Assembly: GCA_902783485.1 (NCBI GenBank)
Contig: CACZRG010000056.1
Location: forward strand, 1-44,431
Length of the DNA stretch: 44,431 nucleotides
Reading direction: 5' to 3'
Origin: an uncultured Elusimicrobium sp.
GTDB lineage: Bacteria; Elusimicrobiota; Elusimicrobia; Elusimicrobiales; UBA9959
In this document: positions 25,219-34,668 of the stretch, piece after piece
Layout: every line of letters starts with the position of its first letter
Numbering within the stretch: position 1 is the first letter of the stretch
Program-made: the position numbers and the translations under genes
Notes under the pieces: generated by a model
Told to the model about the DNA's origin: nothing
Databases searched by the model: none
What the model saw: the letters and a program-made list of their open reading frames with translations, nothing else

Positions 25219-27078
25219 TTATTTCTTATCGTCATCAACAACTTCAGCATCTACTACATCATCTTTCTTCTGCCCTTCTCCGGACTGAGTTCCAGCCGCA
25301 CCGGAGGCGCCGGCATTTTTCTTTTCCTGTTCAGCTTTATATACAGCCTCACCAAGCTTCTGGGAATTGCGGAGAAGTTCATCCTTGGCATGTTTTATCT
25401 TCTCTACATCATCACCCTTAAGCGCTTCCTTCAGCTCATTGATTCCGCGGTCAACAGCAAGGCGGTCATCCTGGCTGATCTTGTCACCGTACTCACGCAG
25501 GGCCTTTTCCGTAGTGTAAAGGACAGTATCAGCTTCATTCTTCGCTTCCACTTTTTCTTTGTATTTCTTGTCCGCTTCAGCGAATTCCTCTGCCTGCTTC
25601 ATATACTTGTCTATTTCTTCCTTGGACAGTTTATTGGGAGCGCTTATGGTTATATGCTGCTCTTTCTTGGTTCCAAGGTCTTTTGCGGAAACACTGATTA
25701 TGCCGTTGGCATCAATATCGAATGTGACTTCAATCTGAGGTACGCCACGGGGTGCCGGCGGAATTCCGTCAAGGTCGAATTTGCCGAGGGATACATTATC
25801 AGAAGCCTGAGCGCGCTCTCCCTGAAGTACATGAATTGTAACAGCCGGCTGATTGTCAGCCGCGGTAGAGAATACCTGTGTCTGCTTTGTAGGGATTGTT
25901 GTATTCTTGTCGATGATACGTGTCATTACTCCGCCGAGTGTCTCAATTCCGAGTGAGAGTGGTGTAACATCCAGAAGAAGCACATCCTTGACCTCTCCGG
26001 TAAGAACAGCAGCCTGGACAGCGGCGCCGGAGGCAACGCATTCCATAGGATCTACTCCACGCTCTATTTTCTTGCCGATATATTCCTCAACAAATTTCTG
26101 AACACAGGGCATACGTGTAGGTCCACCAACGAGAATCACACGATTGATGTCTGAACTGCGGAGATTTGCATCCTGCAGGGCGGTATCAATGGATTTCTGG
26201 CATTTTGCAACAATTGATTCCACAAGTGCTTCAAGACGCGCACGGGAAAGTTTTATGGCCAGATGTTTAGGACCAGTGGCATCCGCAGTTATAAACGGCA
26301 GGTTTATTTCCGTTTCCATGGTAGTGGAAAGCTCTATCTTGGCTTTTTCAGCGGCTTCACGTATACGCTGGGACGCAGTAGCATCCTTGAGCAGATCAAT
26401 GCCATTTTCCTTACGGAACTCATCGGAGATATAATTCACTATTGCGCGGTCCATATCGGTACCGCCCAACTGTGTATCTCCGGAGGTTGATATTACATCG
26501 AATGTACCTTCCTTGCTCATTTCCATGATAGTAACATCAAGCGTACCGCCGCCGAGGTCAAAAACCATAATCTTCTGGTCTTTGCCTTCCTTGTCAATAC
26601 CGTAGGCAAGCGCCGCAGCTGTAGGCTCATTTACCAGACGCACTACTTCAAGTCCGGCTATTGTTCCGGCATCTTTGGTGGCCTGACGCTGATTATCATT
26701 GAAGTACGCCGGCACGGTAATTACGGCTTTCTCTACTTTTTCTCCGAGGAAAGCTTCTGCGTCGCGTTTTACTTTCTGAAGCAGGAAAGCTGAAAGCTGC
26801 TGTGGGGCAAACTCTTTGCCCGCTATTGTATATTTGTGATCTGTTCCCATTTTGCGCTTGAACGCCGAAATGGTGCCGTCCGGATTGGCGACTGCCTGGC
26901 GGCGCGCCGGTTCACCAACGAGCATCTGGCCGTCTTTGGCAAACGCCACATAAGACGGGAAGGCCTTTCCCCCGAGGCTGGTTCCTTCAGCCGACGGAAT
27001 AATTGTGACTTTTCCGCCTTCCATTACCGCAGCTGCGGTGTTAGAAGTACCAAGGTCTATTCCAATAATCTTTGCCAT
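25219..27078 (-). CDS. dnaK: Molecular chaperone DnaK (Hsp70), short Gram-positive/archaeal-type form
   Basis: Signatures [19 protein letters not shown] and [11 protein letters not shown] are present. AAGGAG lies 7 nt upstream of the ATG. Confidence 0.97.
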   Translation of the reverse strand: MAKIIGIDLGTSNTAAAVMEGGKVTIIPSAEGTSLGGKAFPSYVAFAKDGQMLVGEPARRQAVANPDGTISAFKRKMGTDHKYTIAGKEFAPQQLSAFLLQKVKRDAEAFLGEKVEKAVITVPAYFNDNQRQATKDAGTIAGLEVVRLVNEPTAAALAYGIDKEGKDQKIMVFDLGGGTLDVTIMEMSKEGTFDVISTSGDTQLGGTDMDRAIVNYISDEFRKENGIDLLKDATASQRIREAAEKAKIELSTTMETEINLPFITADATGPKHLAIKLSRARLEALVESIVAKCQKSIDTALQDANLRSSDINRVILVGGPTRMPCVQKFVEEYIGKKIERGVDPMECVASGAAVQAAVLTGEVKDVLLLDVTPLSLGIETLGGVMTRIIDKNTTIPTKQTQVFSTAADNQPAVTIHVLQGERAQASDNVSLGKFDLDGIPPAPRGVPQIEVTFDIDANGIISVSAKDLGTKKEQHITISAPNKLSKEEIDKYMKQAEEFAEADKKYKEKVEAKNEADTVLYTTEKALREYGDKISQDDRLAVDRGINELKEALKGDDVEKIKHAKDELLRNSQKLGEAVYKAEQEKKNAGASGAAGTQSGEGQKKDDVVDAEVVDDDKK

Positions 27079-27131
27079 TTTTATTTCTCCTTAATTTTGT
27101 ACTAAATCAGTATTTTCTGCTTTTATTAAAA

Positions 27132-27902
27132 TCAGTTTCCGGTATTTTCCCCACCGGTCCCTTCAAATTCTTTATCCGTAGGTTCCTGACTCTGTTCCAC
27201 GGAGGAATTATCTGCCGGCTTTGCAGGCTCCGCTTTTCTGCGGGCTATCTTCACTTTTGCCGTGCGCAGGATCTTGTCTCCCAGATAAAATCCTTTCTGT
27301 AGTTCCTCAACAACAAGGCCATCATTGCTTTCATCACCATCTATTATTCCTATTATCTCGGTGGCCATAGGATCATAAGGTTTACCAACAGGGTCCATAG
27401 GTCTCATACCTTCTGAATCAAATATTCTGCCTATTTCCTTGAACACCATCTTTAGTCCTGTGGCTATATTTGTCATTTCCGGGCTTTTCACGGATTCAAG
27501 ATGTTTCCCGGCAGACATCATAAGATCATACATGGGCAGGAATTTTGCAAGAAGCTCTGCTTTTCCGTATTGTATAAGTCCAGGGCGTTCACGTTCCACG
27601 CGCTTGCGGTAATTCTCGAATTCAGCCTTGCTCGCAAGCAGCTGGCTGTAATATTCTTTTGCCAGTTTTGTCTGTTTATCCAGCTCGGCACGAAGTTCCT
27701 TTTCAGCCTTGCTGTTAAAAAATTTTCTGAAGAAACCTTTTTTTCCCCCGTGCACGGCTTCATAATTCTCTTCGCCGGCATTTTCTTCATCTGTGGGATA
27801 GTCATCGGACAATTCCTCTTCCATGCCCTCCTCTGCTGTCATGCCGGCACCGTTCTGCTCCTGCAGGTCCTCTTCTATATTGTTTTCCTCTTCGCTGTTC
27901 AT
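27132..27902 (-). CDS. grpE: Nucleotide exchange factor GrpE
   Basis: An acidic N-terminus is followed by the GrpE core AEFENYRKRVERE and a C-terminal beta domain. The ATG at 27900-27902 (MNSEEE) lies 1 nt after the hrcA stop. The ORF-track start at 27938 would overlap hrcA. Confidence 0.92.
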   Translation of the reverse strand: MNSEEENNIEEDLQEQNGAGMTAEEGMEEELSDDYPTDEENAGEENYEAVHGGKKGFFRKFFNSKAEKELRAELDKQTKLAKEYYSQLLASKAEFENYRKRVERERPGLIQYGKAELLAKFLPMYDLMMSAGKHLESVKSPEMTNIATGLKMVFKEIGRIFDSEGMRPMDPVGKPYDPMATEIIGIIDGDESNDGLVVEELQKGFYLGDKILRTAKVKIARRKAEPAKPADNSSVEQSQEPTDKEFEGTGGENTGN

Positions 27903-27903
27903 G

Positions 27904-29067
27904 TTAATCTTCAAACTCAACGCTGTCCCATTCCTCAAGCATACTCTCCATCATCCGGCTTACCGTATCAACGAGGGAGATCATGCGCGGATAGGCCATT
28001 CTCTTGTACCCAAGAATACCTATCATTCCAACAGTTTTATCATTTATTCTGTAGTAGCTTGAAACAAGGCTGAAGTTCCTGAATTCCTTTATTTTGTTTT
28101 CAGAACCTATTGTAACATCAACGGCATGCCCGGTTCTGTCCGAGGCTATTGCCGGACGGCTGCTGCTCTCGCGCAGACGGCGTCGCAGCATACCTGAAAA
28201 TCTCTCTTTTTCCTCAAGAAGACGTGCCAGATCCCTCATGTCATCCGGACTTACATCTTCAAAATTTGAATATATCCGGCTGAGTCCGTCCATATAAAGC
28301 GCATCTTCCGTTCTGACCGCACTTTCAAAATAATCTGCAAGTTTCCTGAGAAGTTCCGCCACTGCACGTCTGCCAGCAGCGGGAATAAATTCCTTTCTTA
28401 TAATATCAGCACATTCCGGTATCGTAAAATCACGCATACGACGGTTAAGTTTTGATGCGAGAGTCTGTATTTCTGTTTTTTCAACAGTACCAGGAAGAAC
28501 AAACGCAGTATTTTTTATCATTCCGGAATGAGTAACTATAACCGTCAGGACACTGTTGGAAGCAAGGCTTATTATCTCAATACGCTTCAGACTGTCATTT
28601 TCAGTATCGGCGCTCATGACAAAACCTGCGCACTGTGACATTTCCGAAAGTATTTTTGAGGTATGTTTCAAAAAACCATCCAGCTGTTCTATGCGGCGTT
28701 CATACTCCTGCTCAAGCAGTTCCTTTTCATGTACAGCTGTCTTCTGCAGTCTTGATATATTATCAACGTAAGCCCTGTAACCTTTGTCTGTGGGAATACG
28801 GCCTCCGGAAGTATGGGGCTGAAAGAGAAAACCATCTTCTTCCAGTTCCTTAAGTACATTTCTTATTGTAGCGCTTGAGACATTGAAACCGCCTTCCTTT
28901 GTTATAAGATCCGAACTGACGGGGCGGCCCGTATTCACATAGTTGAAGACCACCCAGTTAAGGATTTTCTCTTTTCTGTTTCTGGCGTCTTCAGGTTTAA
29001 GAACTCTCATAATCCGATGTTCATGCAGGATCCGGAACTTTTCCGGGTCTTCAAAACTGGCACTCAT
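27904..29067 (-). CDS. hrcA: Heat-inducible transcription repressor HrcA
   Basis: The winged-helix region reads GRPVSSDLI...VSSATIRNVLKELEEDGFLFQPHTSGGRIPTDKGYRAYVD. An alternative and perhaps more typical start is M20 (ATG ending at 29010). Confidence 0.93.
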   Translation of the reverse strand: MSASFEDPEKFRILHEHRIMRVLKPEDARNRKEKILNWVVFNYVNTGRPVSSDLITKEGGFNVSSATIRNVLKELEEDGFLFQPHTSGGRIPTDKGYRAYVDNISRLQKTAVHEKELLEQEYERRIEQLDGFLKHTSKILSEMSQCAGFVMSADTENDSLKRIEIISLASNSVLTVIVTHSGMIKNTAFVLPGTVEKTEIQTLASKLNRRMRDFTIPECADIIRKEFIPAAGRRAVAELLRKLADYFESAVRTEDALYMDGLSRIYSNFEDVSPDDMRDLARLLEEKERFSGMLRRRLRESSSRPAIASDRTGHAVDVTIGSENKIKEFRNFSLVSSYYRINDKTVGMIGILGYKRMAYPRMISLVDTVSRMMESMLEEWDSVEFED

Positions 29068-29083
29068 TACTTTTAACTGCTAA
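29057..29083 (-). promoter_or_regulatory. Degenerate CIRCE-like operator
   Basis: The minus strand reads TTAGCAGTT-AAAAGTAAT-GAGTGCCAG, against the consensus TTAGCACTC-N9-GAGTGCTAA. That is 14 of 18 positions with an exact 9-nt spacer. It overlaps the first in-frame ATG of hrcA and lies just downstream of the -10 box. Confidence 0.5.
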
Positions 29084-29087
29084 AAAT

Positions 29088-29116
29088 ATTATACTCTATG
29101 TCAGCTTAATTGTCAA
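29088..29116 (-). promoter_or_regulatory. Consensus sigma70 promoter of the hrcA-dnaK operon
   Basis: On the minus strand, TTGACA (29111-29116), a 17-nt spacer and TATAAT (29088-29093). Both hexamers are perfect. Confidence 0.75.
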
Positions 29117-29136
29117 CCCCTACATGCGACTGCTAA

Positions 29137-29171
29137 AAATAAAAGGACCCGGACTGTCTGGTTCCGGGCCC
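29137..29171 (-). terminator. Rho-independent terminator after the PAP2 phosphatase gene
   Basis: The minus strand reads GGGCCCGGAACCAGACAGTCCGGGTCC followed by TTTTATTTTT. Confidence 0.75.
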
Positions 29172-29189
29172 GTAAAATGCTGAAAAATA

Positions 29190-29906
29190 TCAGATTCTGT
29201 TCTTGGGAAGATACTGACGGAGATTATTAAGATTGGCGCGGAACAGTTTGTTCTGCATATATCTCGCGAAAAGCGCATTGGCAAAACGACGGCCAGCCTC
29301 AATATCAGTGGGATGGTGTATACCTCCTACAATACGGTTTCTGCCATAGTTGTCCGCGCGTGTAAGAAATTCCGAGCGGCGTCCAGGCATAAGTTCCGTA
29401 AGAAGCAGAGCGTACACGCGGGCCAATGTAGCATGTCCGCTGGGATACGACATACTTTTCTTGGACGGTTTGTCTATGCATGGCAAAAGCGTGGGATCCG
29501 TCATATACGGGCGACGGCGGTTGTATTTTTCCTGTGCTATTTTTATGGAAAGCCATGTTTCCGCACCTACAGAATCCAGGAACTGCCTGTTTACTTCCGG
29601 CAGATTATCGTAGAAGGATTTCAGTTTTGGGAATATATTGCGGAAATCATAATTAATATCTTTCTGCGCAAGATTACATTCATCATCTGTACGTGTTCCC
29701 TGCCATTCATGCAGTGTCTTGAAATCCGATTCAAACAGCGCAGAACCGGCCTGTGGTACTTCCGGCAGTTTTACGGAAAGCACATCCGCCTCGGTAATAT
29801 ATTGAAGTGAGGTTGCGGTGCGTCGTCCGCCGGAGCAGGCAGAAGCCAGCAGCACTGAGACAATAAGTGCTGAGAACTGTAACGTTATGTAAATATTTGT
29901 TTTCAT
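29190..29906 (-). CDS. PAP2-family (class A acid phosphatase-like) lipoprotein
   Basis: The lipobox is LLASACSG. The three PAP2 motifs are KYNRRRP, YPSGHA and GRNRIVGGIHHPTDI. Confidence 0.85.
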   Translation of the reverse strand: MKTNIYITLQFSALIVSVLLASACSGGRRTATSLQYITEADVLSVKLPEVPQAGSALFESDFKTLHEWQGTRTDDECNLAQKDINYDFRNIFPKLKSFYDNLPEVNRQFLDSVGAETWLSIKIAQEKYNRRRPYMTDPTLLPCIDKPSKKSMSYPSGHATLARVYALLLTELMPGRRSEFLTRADNYGRNRIVGGIHHPTDIEAGRRFANALFARYMQNKLFRANLNNLRQYLPKNRI

Positions 29907-29908
29907 TA

Positions 29909-31759
29909 TTATTCCTCCTCCTCGGCAACTGGCCGCTCACTACGGCGACGTTTGCCATGATCCAGTATTTTCTTTCTCATTCTTATACTATGCGGAGTAA
30001 CTTCCACAAATTCATCTTCGTTAATATATTCTATGGACTGTTCAAGTGTCATTCTTACAGGCGGTGTGAGTATAACAGACATATCCGCTGTAGAAGAGCG
30101 CATATTGGTCTGATGCTTCTCCTTGCATGGATTTGTAACAAGATCATTGCCACGGCAGTTTTCACCGACTATCTGACCGGCGTAAACTTCTTCACCAGGA
30201 CCTACAAACATAGTACCATGCAGCTGAAGAGTATTAAGCGCATAGCTGGCTGTCTGCCCTGTTTCCTTTGCGACAAAAACACCGTTACGTTTTACAGGAG
30301 TAAAAGACCCTTCCTTCATATAGCCATAAAAACTATGATGCATAAGACCGGAGCCACGTGTGAAACTGAGGAATCTGGATTTAAGACCTATAAGCGCACG
30401 GGAGGATATTACATACTCAAAGCGGACACGGCCGTCTTCACCGATAACCATATTCTTCATCTGCGCACCGCGTTCGCCCATGGCTGTCATGATATTTCCC
30501 TGGTATTCCGCAGGAGCATCCATTACAAGATATTCCACAGGCTCCATTTTTACGCCGTTTTCTTCCTTTGTAAGCACGACCATCTTTGAAACACACAGTT
30601 CATATCCCTCACGACGCATACTCTCTATCAGCACGGAAAGATGAAGTTCACCGCGGCCTGAAACCTTGTATCCGGCAACACCGGTATTAATTTCCTCAAC
30701 CTTGAGACCGACATTGGTTTCCTGCTCACGCATAAGGCGTTCCTTAATCTGCGTTATGGTAACAAATTTGCCATCGCGTCCTGCGAAAGGTCCGTCATTG
30801 GCATAAAATTCCATGGACAGGGTAGGTGGTTCTATCTCAAGAGTTGGCAGTGTTCCAGGATCCTCAATGCATGAAACAGTATCTCCAACATCAACACCTT
30901 CAAGACCTGCTATAGCGACAATATCACCAGCACGTGCCTCCTTTATATTGACACGCTGAAGCCCTTTAAAGCCCATAAGCTGCAAAACCCTGCGCTGGGT
31001 CTGCTGCTTTTTTCCGGAGCCAACCATAACCGGCTGTCCCTCTTTTATACGCCCCTGTGATATACGGCCTATGCCTATGCGGCCTGTATAAGAGCTGTAA
31101 TCCAGCATTGTAATAAGCATACGAAGAGGGCCTTCCTCATCATCATCCGGACCAGGAACATATTTTATTATGGTATCAAACAGAACATTAAGATTATCTG
31201 TTTTTACTTCCGGATCATAAGTAGCCCATCCGTCACGGCCCACTGCGTATACAACAGGGAAATCAAGCTGTTCGTCAGTGGCTTCAAGTTCCATGAAAAG
31301 CGAGAAAACCTTATCCAGTGAGGCACTGGGATTACAGTTAGGACGGTCTATCTTGTTTATAACCACTATCGGTCGCAGACCAAGCGCAAGCGATTTTTTC
31401 AGCACAAAGCGTGTCTGTGGCATTGGACCGTCAAGCGCGTCAACAAGCAGAAGCACACCATCGACCATGCGGAGCACACGTTCCACCTCACTGCCGAAAT
31501 CAGCATGTCCGGGTGTATCTACTATATGTATGGTTGTATCACCATATTTTACGGATGTATTCTTTGAAAGAATGGTAATACCGCGCTCGCGCTCCTGGTC
31601 ATTGGAATCCATTATGCAGGTGGTTTCCTCCCCGGTCTTATCCTTGAAGGTTCCAGTCTGCTTGAGCATTGCGTCAACAAGTGTAGTCTTGCCATGGTCG
31701 ACATGCGCGATAATGGCAATATTTCTTAAATCGTTTCTGTGTTTTATAGTATTTTCCAT
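29909..31759 (-). CDS. typA: Translational GTPase TypA/BipA
   Basis: The GTPase motifs are [21 protein letters not shown] and NKID. EF-G-like domains and a BipA-specific C-terminus are present. Confidence 0.95.
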   Translation of the reverse strand: MENTIKHRNDLRNIAIIAHVDHGKTTLVDAMLKQTGTFKDKTGEETTCIMDSNDQERERGITILSKNTSVKYGDTTIHIVDTPGHADFGSEVERVLRMVDGVLLLVDALDGPMPQTRFVLKKSLALGLRPIVVINKIDRPNCNPSASLDKVFSLFMELEATDEQLDFPVVYAVGRDGWATYDPEVKTDNLNVLFDTIIKYVPGPDDDEEGPLRMLITMLDYSSYTGRIGIGRISQGRIKEGQPVMVGSGKKQQTQRRVLQLMGFKGLQRVNIKEARAGDIVAIAGLEGVDVGDTVSCIEDPGTLPTLEIEPPTLSMEFYANDGPFAGRDGKFVTITQIKERLMREQETNVGLKVEEINTGVAGYKVSGRGELHLSVLIESMRREGYELCVSKMVVLTKEENGVKMEPVEYLVMDAPAEYQGNIMTAMGERGAQMKNMVIGEDGRVRFEYVISSRALIGLKSRFLSFTRGSGLMHHSFYGYMKEGSFTPVKRNGVFVAKETGQTASYALNTLQLHGTMFVGPGEEVYAGQIVGENCRGNDLVTNPCKEKHQTNMRSSTADMSVILTPPVRMTLEQSIEYINEDEFVEVTPHSIRMRKKILDHGKRRRSERPVAEEEE

Positions 31760-31762
31760 AAA

Positions 31763-33592
31763 TCAGTTTTCCTGCTCTTCCATTGCTTCAAGTTCAAGTG
31801 TTTCAAGTTCGTCTGTAAATTCAGATATTTTTTTCTCCAGTGCAGCCAGTTTATCACCAAGCTCCCTTACCTTTACATAATCTGAATATATTTCCGGTGA
31901 GGCTATTTTCTCTGCTATACTCTCTACTGTTTTTTTAGAATACGCTATTTCCTTTTTTAGTGTTTCACGGCGGCGGGCCTTCTTTCTGGACTCGGCTTCA
32001 CGTTGTTTTTTTTCTTCCCACCCCGCCAGACCGGAGGCCGTTTTTTTACGCTGAACGTCAGAAGTATTGATTTTTTCAGTTTCAGCCTCCTCCTTATCCA
32101 GCTGACGGCGCCGGTAAAGAAAATAATCGTAATTGCCCGGATATACTGTTGTTTTCCCCTGCTCTATGTGAACAACAGAATCGGCAAGCGCATTGATGAA
32201 ATATACATCATGGCTTATAAAACAGAGTGTACCCTCGAATTCCTTTAGCGCGCTTATAAGCGCATCCACGCTGGCCATATCCAGATGCGTGGTAGGCTCG
32301 TCCATCAGCAGCACATTAGGCGGATCAAGCAGCAGCTTCACAAGCATGAGACGGCTTTTTTCCCCTCCGGAAAGCACTTCCGTATATTTGTATACATCAT
32401 CTCCGGGAAACAGGAATGTTCCAAGAACAGTACGTACAAGCAGTTCCGGAAGCATTCTGTCATTATCCATAGCTTCCTGCAGAACTGTTTTGCGTGGATC
32501 AAGAATGCCTGTGTGATGCTGGGAAAAATAGCCGACTTTGACATTAAGTCCTAATTTATATTCTCCGGAATCCGGCGGAATAACCCCGGCAAGCATTTTG
32601 AGCAGAGTGGATTTTCCAGCACCATTATGTCCTACAAAAACCATCTTCTGTCCGCGTTCAAGAGAAAAATCAAAATTTTCGTATACTTTTACCGGTTCCT
32701 GTCCCTCAACAGGATAAATCTTTGAAACACCTTTCAGTTCAAGAACTTTTGTTGCAGTGCGCAACGGCTGTGGAAAATGTATTTTAACCGTTTTTGTTTC
32801 CGGCGGCAGTTCTATGCGTTCTATCTTTTCCAGCCTCTTTATCATGCTCTGCACACGGCTCGCAGTAGTAGCACGCACACGGTTGCGTGCAATAAAATCC
32901 TCCATATGGGCTATTTCATCCTGCTGCTGCTTCCACGCGCTTAAAAGCCTGGCTTTCTCATCAGCCTTCTGCTGAAGATAGTGTTCGTAATCACCATAAT
33001 AGATTTTTAGTTTGTGCTCCTGAAGAGCAACTATGGCCCTGCTTGTTTTATTTATAAAGTCCCTGTCATGTGAAATAGAAAAAACAGCTCCTGGAAAGTT
33101 CTGAAGATAATCTTCAAGCCATTTAAGGGATTCCAGGTCAAGGTGATTCGTAGGCTCGTCTAACAGGAGCAGGTCAGGTTTTTTCAGCAGGAGTCTGGCC
33201 AGAGCCACGCGCATGGCCCAGCCGCCACTTAAGGTTTTAACAGGTCTGTCAAAATCCCTTACTCTGAACCCAAGCCCCATGAGTATTGATTTTCCTTCCG
33301 CGGAAAGTCTGCCATCATAATCCTCTGCCCCGTCAAGAACAGTATTGATAACACTTTCTCCCGAAACAGGTGGATTTTCCTGCGGAAGATAGCCGGTGAC
33401 AGCACCTTTTCTGAAACTTATTTCCCCTTCATCACATTCCTCCTGGCCCAGCATCATTTTGAAAAGCGTGGATTTGCCAGCACCATTCGGGCCAACAAGC
33501 ACAAAACGGTCTCCTTCATTCAGCTGCAGCGAGGCATTGTCAAAAAGCACCTGCGAGGTAAAAGATTTACAGATATTGCGAAGCGTTATCAT
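31763..33592 (-). CDS. ABC-F family ATPase (two ABC domains, no TM, C-terminal coiled coil)
   Basis: The two Walker A motifs are GPNGAGKST and GHNGAGKST. The two signature motifs are LSGGW and LSGGEK. A linker between the domains and a Lys/Glu-rich tail are present. Confidence 0.9.
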   Translation of the reverse strand: MITLRNICKSFTSQVLFDNASLQLNEGDRFVLVGPNGAGKSTLFKMMLGQEECDEGEISFRKGAVTGYLPQENPPVSGESVINTVLDGAEDYDGRLSAEGKSILMGLGFRVRDFDRPVKTLSGGWAMRVALARLLLKKPDLLLLDEPTNHLDLESLKWLEDYLQNFPGAVFSISHDRDFINKTSRAIVALQEHKLKIYYGDYEHYLQQKADEKARLLSAWKQQQDEIAHMEDFIARNRVRATTASRVQSMIKRLEKIERIELPPETKTVKIHFPQPLRTATKVLELKGVSKIYPVEGQEPVKVYENFDFSLERGQKMVFVGHNGAGKSTLLKMLAGVIPPDSGEYKLGLNVKVGYFSQHHTGILDPRKTVLQEAMDNDRMLPELLVRTVLGTFLFPGDDVYKYTEVLSGGEKSRLMLVKLLLDPPNVLLMDEPTTHLDMASVDALISALKEFEGTLCFISHDVYFINALADSVVHIEQGKTTVYPGNYDYFLYRRRQLDKEEAETEKINTSDVQRKKTASGLAGWEEKKQREAESRKKARRRETLKKEIAYSKKTVESIAEKIASPEIYSDYVKVRELGDKLAALEKKISEFTDELETLELEAMEEQEN

Positions 33593-33597
33593 ACGGC

Positions 33598-33628
33598 ATA
33601 AAAAGACCTTCCGGAAAAAATTCCGGAA
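33598..33628 (-). terminator. Terminator-like hairpin ending 5-10 nt upstream of the ABC-F ATG
   Basis: The minus strand reads CTTCCGGAA-TTTT-TTCCGGAAG (9-bp stem) followed by GTCTTTTTAT. Confidence 0.65.
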
Positions 33629-33691
33629 GTCTCTATATATTTTATCATTATTATTAAAGCCGGGGCAAAATGCAGATTCAGTTCAGGAATA

Positions 33692-34579
33692 TCAGAAAAA
33701 CAGTTTAAGCGACGCATAGCCAGCCAGGCCGTCACCTGTGCGCACACTATCATTGACATCACTGTAACTGTCACCGTGATAGAATCTGCTGCGTATTATC
33801 CAGCCCGCCCTGGCGGAAAGCTCAGCCCGGCTGGAAATTTTCCATACCGGATTCAGGGCTACATAAAACTTCTGAATATAAAGAGATTCATCAGGGTCAG
33901 CACGACCGGAAATAAGGAAAAGTTCCGATTCCAGACCATTGCGCAGTTCCAGCGAAAATGTCTCTGACGGCTGCCATTTAATACCCGCCGCATATCCGTC
34001 AACCGGGAACCACCTGGCATTAAGCGACCATATACGGCTCATATTCCACTGGGCATAGAAAGGAGCTATAAAGACAAATTTCTCAGACAGATACCTGTAT
34101 GCAATAAAAGGTATTGGTATTCCCTCCCAGAAGCTGCGGCGGCTTGAATAATTGAGCGCAAACATCCATGTGCTTTGCGGAGTACTCCATGATTCTATGG
34201 TGCGGAAATAATTGAAACCAAAATCTGTTTCCCTGCTTGTACGGTATATTTTGTCAGATCTGGAATCAGCAGAAAACACAAATGTTTCCATACCAGACAT
34301 GGCAGAAATGGAAATACGCGAATCATACAGATATTTTGGAAAATATTCAGTTCCGGCAGTCTGATACTCCCCAAACAGTCCTTTAAGGTACACAGCATGA
34401 CCGGACACCGTGCCTAATTTCACGTTCAGGCCATACGACTGGTATTTTACATTCAGGAGAGTGTCATCTGCGCTATATGCAGCATTTATATTGCTTTTTT
34501 CAGGGAGTTCAAACTGTGCACTGACAGTAACCGGCAGACAAATTAATATTGCAATAGCAGAAAATATAAGTTTTTTCAT
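33692..34579 (-). CDS. Outer-membrane beta-barrel protein, hypothetical
   Basis: A signal peptide (…PVTVSAQ) is present. The sequence shows an alternating amphipathic pattern. The C-terminus ends ASLKLFF, with the terminal Phe typical of OMPs. Confidence 0.65.
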   Translation of the reverse strand: MKKLIFSAIAILICLPVTVSAQFELPEKSNINAAYSADDTLLNVKYQSYGLNVKLGTVSGHAVYLKGLFGEYQTAGTEYFPKYLYDSRISISAMSGMETFVFSADSRSDKIYRTSRETDFGFNYFRTIESWSTPQSTWMFALNYSSRRSFWEGIPIPFIAYRYLSEKFVFIAPFYAQWNMSRIWSLNARWFPVDGYAAGIKWQPSETFSLELRNGLESELFLISGRADPDESLYIQKFYVALNPVWKISSRAELSARAGWIIRSRFYHGDSYSDVNDSVRTGDGLAGYASLKLFF

Positions 34580-34613
34580 TTACAGGGAATTTTGTTTACA
34601 GGAATATATCAGT

Positions 34614-34655
34614 CATAAAAAACAAAAGCCCGTATACAGCGGGCTTTTGTTTTAT
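34614..34655. terminator. Bidirectional terminator after the TPR membrane protein gene
   Basis: The sequence is AAAAAACAAAAGCCCGTATACAGCGGGCTTTTGTTTT. Confidence 0.8.
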
Positions 34656-34668
34656 CATACTTTGTTCT

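Noticed and set aside
25213-25956. A 247-aa plus-strand ORF antisense to dnaK
   Set aside because: It lies entirely inside the highly conserved dnaK CDS. Its translation is low-complexity Phe/Leu/Ile-rich with no start context. It is a typical shadow ORF of a codon-biased gene.
27903-27938. The longer grpE start overlapping hrcA by 35 nt, and likewise the longer starts at 151, 2204, 3291, 4125, 7255, 11534 and 44271
   Set aside because: Downstream ATGs have better RBS spacing or signal-peptide context and remove overlaps with neighbours. Some of the longer starts are TTG or GTG artefacts of the ORF caller.
27501-28073. A 190-aa plus-strand ORF spanning the grpE/hrcA junction. The same applies to similar antisense ORFs at 36964-37539, 43402-43938, 19819-20301 and 31278-31880.
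   Set aside because: All are antisense to recognisable conserved genes, lack SD sequences and have implausible compositions. The ones opposite the Pro-rich linker are a by-product of GC-rich repeats.
29867-30589. A 240-aa plus-strand ORF antisense to typA and the PAP2 gene start
   Set aside because: It overlaps two well-supported minus-strand CDS. It has no RBS and a Cys/His/Phe-rich nonsense-like composition, so it is a shadow ORF.
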